From: Cenococcum geophilum
Taxonomy: Eukaryota
Assembly: GCA_050273025.1 (NCBI GenBank)
Contig: CP158635.1
Coordinates: forward strand, 23,560,001 to 23,624,000
Length of the DNA stretch: 64,000 nt
Reading direction: 5' to 3'
In this document: piece by piece, positions 61,528 to 64,000 of the stretch
Layout: the number at the start of each line of letters is the position of its first letter
Position numbering within the stretch: the stretch's first letter is position 1
The notes under the pieces: model-generated
What the model saw: the letters and a program-made list of their open reading frames with translations, nothing else
Database searches by the model: none
What the model was told of the DNA's origin: nothing
Made by a program: the position numbers and the translations under genes

Positions 61528-64000
61528 TGTTACGGAACCCCACCGTAGGGGCCTCCATAGGAGAGCCCCGTGCTCTCGCGTACACCTCGCGTACAGCTTA
61601 TGTCAGCTACGCGTAGGTATATCACCTCCTTACGCCCTCGACCCTTACGATCGATCGCGCAACGTCTTGTAGACTCCTCAAATACATATATCTTGTAGCC
61701 ACTGCCCTATCCCGTGACATTACGTTGCGCCTTTTTACCACTAACACCCAGCCTACGACCAATTCTACGTCTCTATAATACTACAGGCGCTGCTAGAAGC
61801 AGCGTGCCTACGAGTTACCTTACTTTATACTTCTAAGGAACCCATAATAGTAAGACGATATTCCTTACTAGCTACTATATTAAACCTAAAGAACAATCCA
61901 ATACCTATACTTAACCTATAACGCCAATCAATCCTAGGAGAATTTAATTTATTAGCCCTAGCCTTAACCCCTAAGGAGATGGATACCAATAATGTCTTAT
62001 CTTTTATTAACTATATAACTACGGATAAGTAAGTGGAAGGGCTACTACCTATTAAAATTGAAATATGAGACGCCGAGACGTTTGTAAAAATGGTAGTATA
62101 AAAACCTGATAAATACTACCGCCTTCTATAGAACTACTACCTAAAGCTTATACGAGCCGAGATGCGTACTGCCTAAGATCGCGATATTATCCAAGACCTA
62201 TAAGCTCGCGAGGCGCTCGCCGATAACACGTGTTAAGAAACCGAAGATGACCTCTATGTGTCTAAACGCGACGTCTAATAGTTAAAGAAGGCTAAGATTG
62301 CACTTATTGCTACGGTCACTAAAAGAGAAGGCATAATTAAATACCTATAATCTTAGCTTAATAAGCACATTTATAATAACGCTAGATACCTCTTTACTAT
62401 ATATAACGCCACTTAAGTCTCTACGCCCCCGGTAACTTTACCTACTTAACGCTTAATAGAGGGTTAGCGCTAAGCAGCCTTACCTAACAGGAACCCCTAC
62501 TAAAGCGATAATAAAAGCTATAATGACCAAACCTAAGCTGCTACCGTAGGGTCTAATATATATTACCCTAATCCCCTAGTTTTCTAGGGAGACTGTAAAG
62601 AATATAGCTACTAAAAGATACAAATCTACGAGAAACTAACTTAGAGTGCCTGCCTTTTTCCTATGGAAAATATTAAGATTGGCTATATTATCGGGCGAAT
62701 AAAGGGTATACTATTTAACAGACTCTTTGCCCGATGGGAGACCAATAGCCCCTAGAAGTGGCAGTCCTACTAAGAAGTCCTTAACGATCTTAACCTAATA
62801 TACCGCGACTATAACCTACTGGCCACTAACCGAGCTAAACTATGTGCCCTAAAGATAAGCCCTACCGAATTATTTAATAAGTTCTATATTAAATTCTAGG
62901 AATATACCAGAGCCCTTGCCTAAGACGATACTAAAGACTAAAAAGATTTCCTTAAAAAAGTTACTTATCGCCTTAGTTACGTAGCCGCCAGTTATAACTA
63001 CAATAATGTTTATAATATGGTAGCAGCCATACGGAAGATTAAACGACGACTAAATTAGATTGCTACTGCAAACCCCTACCTAAAGACCTCCCTATAGAAG
63101 CCCTCCGGACCTACTAAACTACCGACGCCTACTACCCTAAGCAACACTACTGGTCCTAATATTAACCTTTTTATACTAACCTTCCCGCAGAAGCTACTAG
63201 ATAGAGAATGCGAGCTACTTTAGAAGCTAAAGCGTTGCTATAGATGTTGTTAAGAAGGCTGTTATAGCTATAGCCTAAACTGCCTAATGGCTAGGTTTAG
63301 CAGCCGCCGCCTAATACTTAACCTAGTACCTCGAATACTAAATATGTTACTACGTACTACTACCGTATAAGACGAAGACGTAGTAATAGCGGTAGAGTTG
63401 GATACGGAAACGGAAAACGCCAAGTCCTAGCCCTAAGTCGCAGGTTGGAACGCCCTAATAATAAGGGGATCTATATATCGGCCTGCTTAATAGATAACTT
63501 AGTAAAGATAAATAGACGGAAATAGATAGTTTTACCTATAATAGGAACTACTGCCAAAAAATAATATAAAAGCCATTTTATAATTAATTGCGGAGCTATT
63601 AATAAATTTATAGATACTTAATTTGTGCGTACTTATAACCTACCTACCTTACCCCTTACCAAAGCCCGCGCCCTATAACTCGCTAACGGTAGTTATACCG
63701 CATAGAAGATTACCTATATGGCATAACTCTACCTAGATATAAATGGGCACTAGGAAGAACTCTAGGCCTATATTACACTACTTGCTAACTACCCTATTAT
63801 CCTTAAAATAAACTAGCTTAAACAACACAACCCCGCTATTAACTGGAAAAAGAGAGAAGTAACCTTTAACTCTAAATACTGTAGAGAGACCTGCCTAGGA
63901 TATAACCTAGCCGCCTCTATCTACTCCCTAGGATACCAACCTAAGGAACCCCTTATTACCCTACCTACGACTAATTACTACCACGTAAGTGCCGCGGCCT
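61528..64000 (+). mobile_element. Ty3/Gypsy-like element D (5' LTR 61528-61719, gag, protease), RIPed; runs off the window
   Basis: TGTTAC..GTGACA 192-bp LTR inserted after AGAGA in B's 3' LTR; gag knuckle ~63232-63285 (RCYRCC*EGC..PNC); protease LINCGAI(=LIDCGAT) ~63580; IL(G)..(W)LKQHNPAINW ~63800-63846. Confidence 0.85.

Noticed and set aside
35000..64000. Starship/captain-type giant element boundary
   Set aside because: No tyrosine-recombinase-like gene recognised; the AT-rich DNA is largely explained by RIPed retroelements.

Overview
Nuclear DNA of a filamentous ascomycete (GT-AG introns with CTAAC/GCTAAC branch sites; heavy RIP-type C>T/G>A damage in repeats). Bases 1-35000 are gene-bearing: mitochondrial ribosomal uL15, Clg1/Pcl-type cyclin, ATG22, a GPI-anchored protein, zinc ADH, an alpha/beta-hydrolase-like protein, PPIL2/Cyp8 cyclophilin and a dual-specificity phosphatase. 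Within it, 12-25 kb is a decaying accessory island: two DUF6594 genes (one killed by stops and a scrambled 517-bp mitochondrial insertion), two F-box genes (one with a premature stop), a HET-domain pseudogene split by a hAT derivative that carries a solo LTR, and a retropepsin-like fragment. Bases 35200-38000 and 41000-64000 are AT-rich RIP-degraded repeats, with a resolvable nest of four Ty3/Gypsy elements, a SINE/LINE-like insert and a MITE. The most notable signal is that two different Gypsy families each carry a spliced, antisense Zn(II)2Cys6-like accessory gene between pol and the 3' LTR. Three families also show 9-bp self-priming PBS complementarity. All calls were made by eye; no searches were run.
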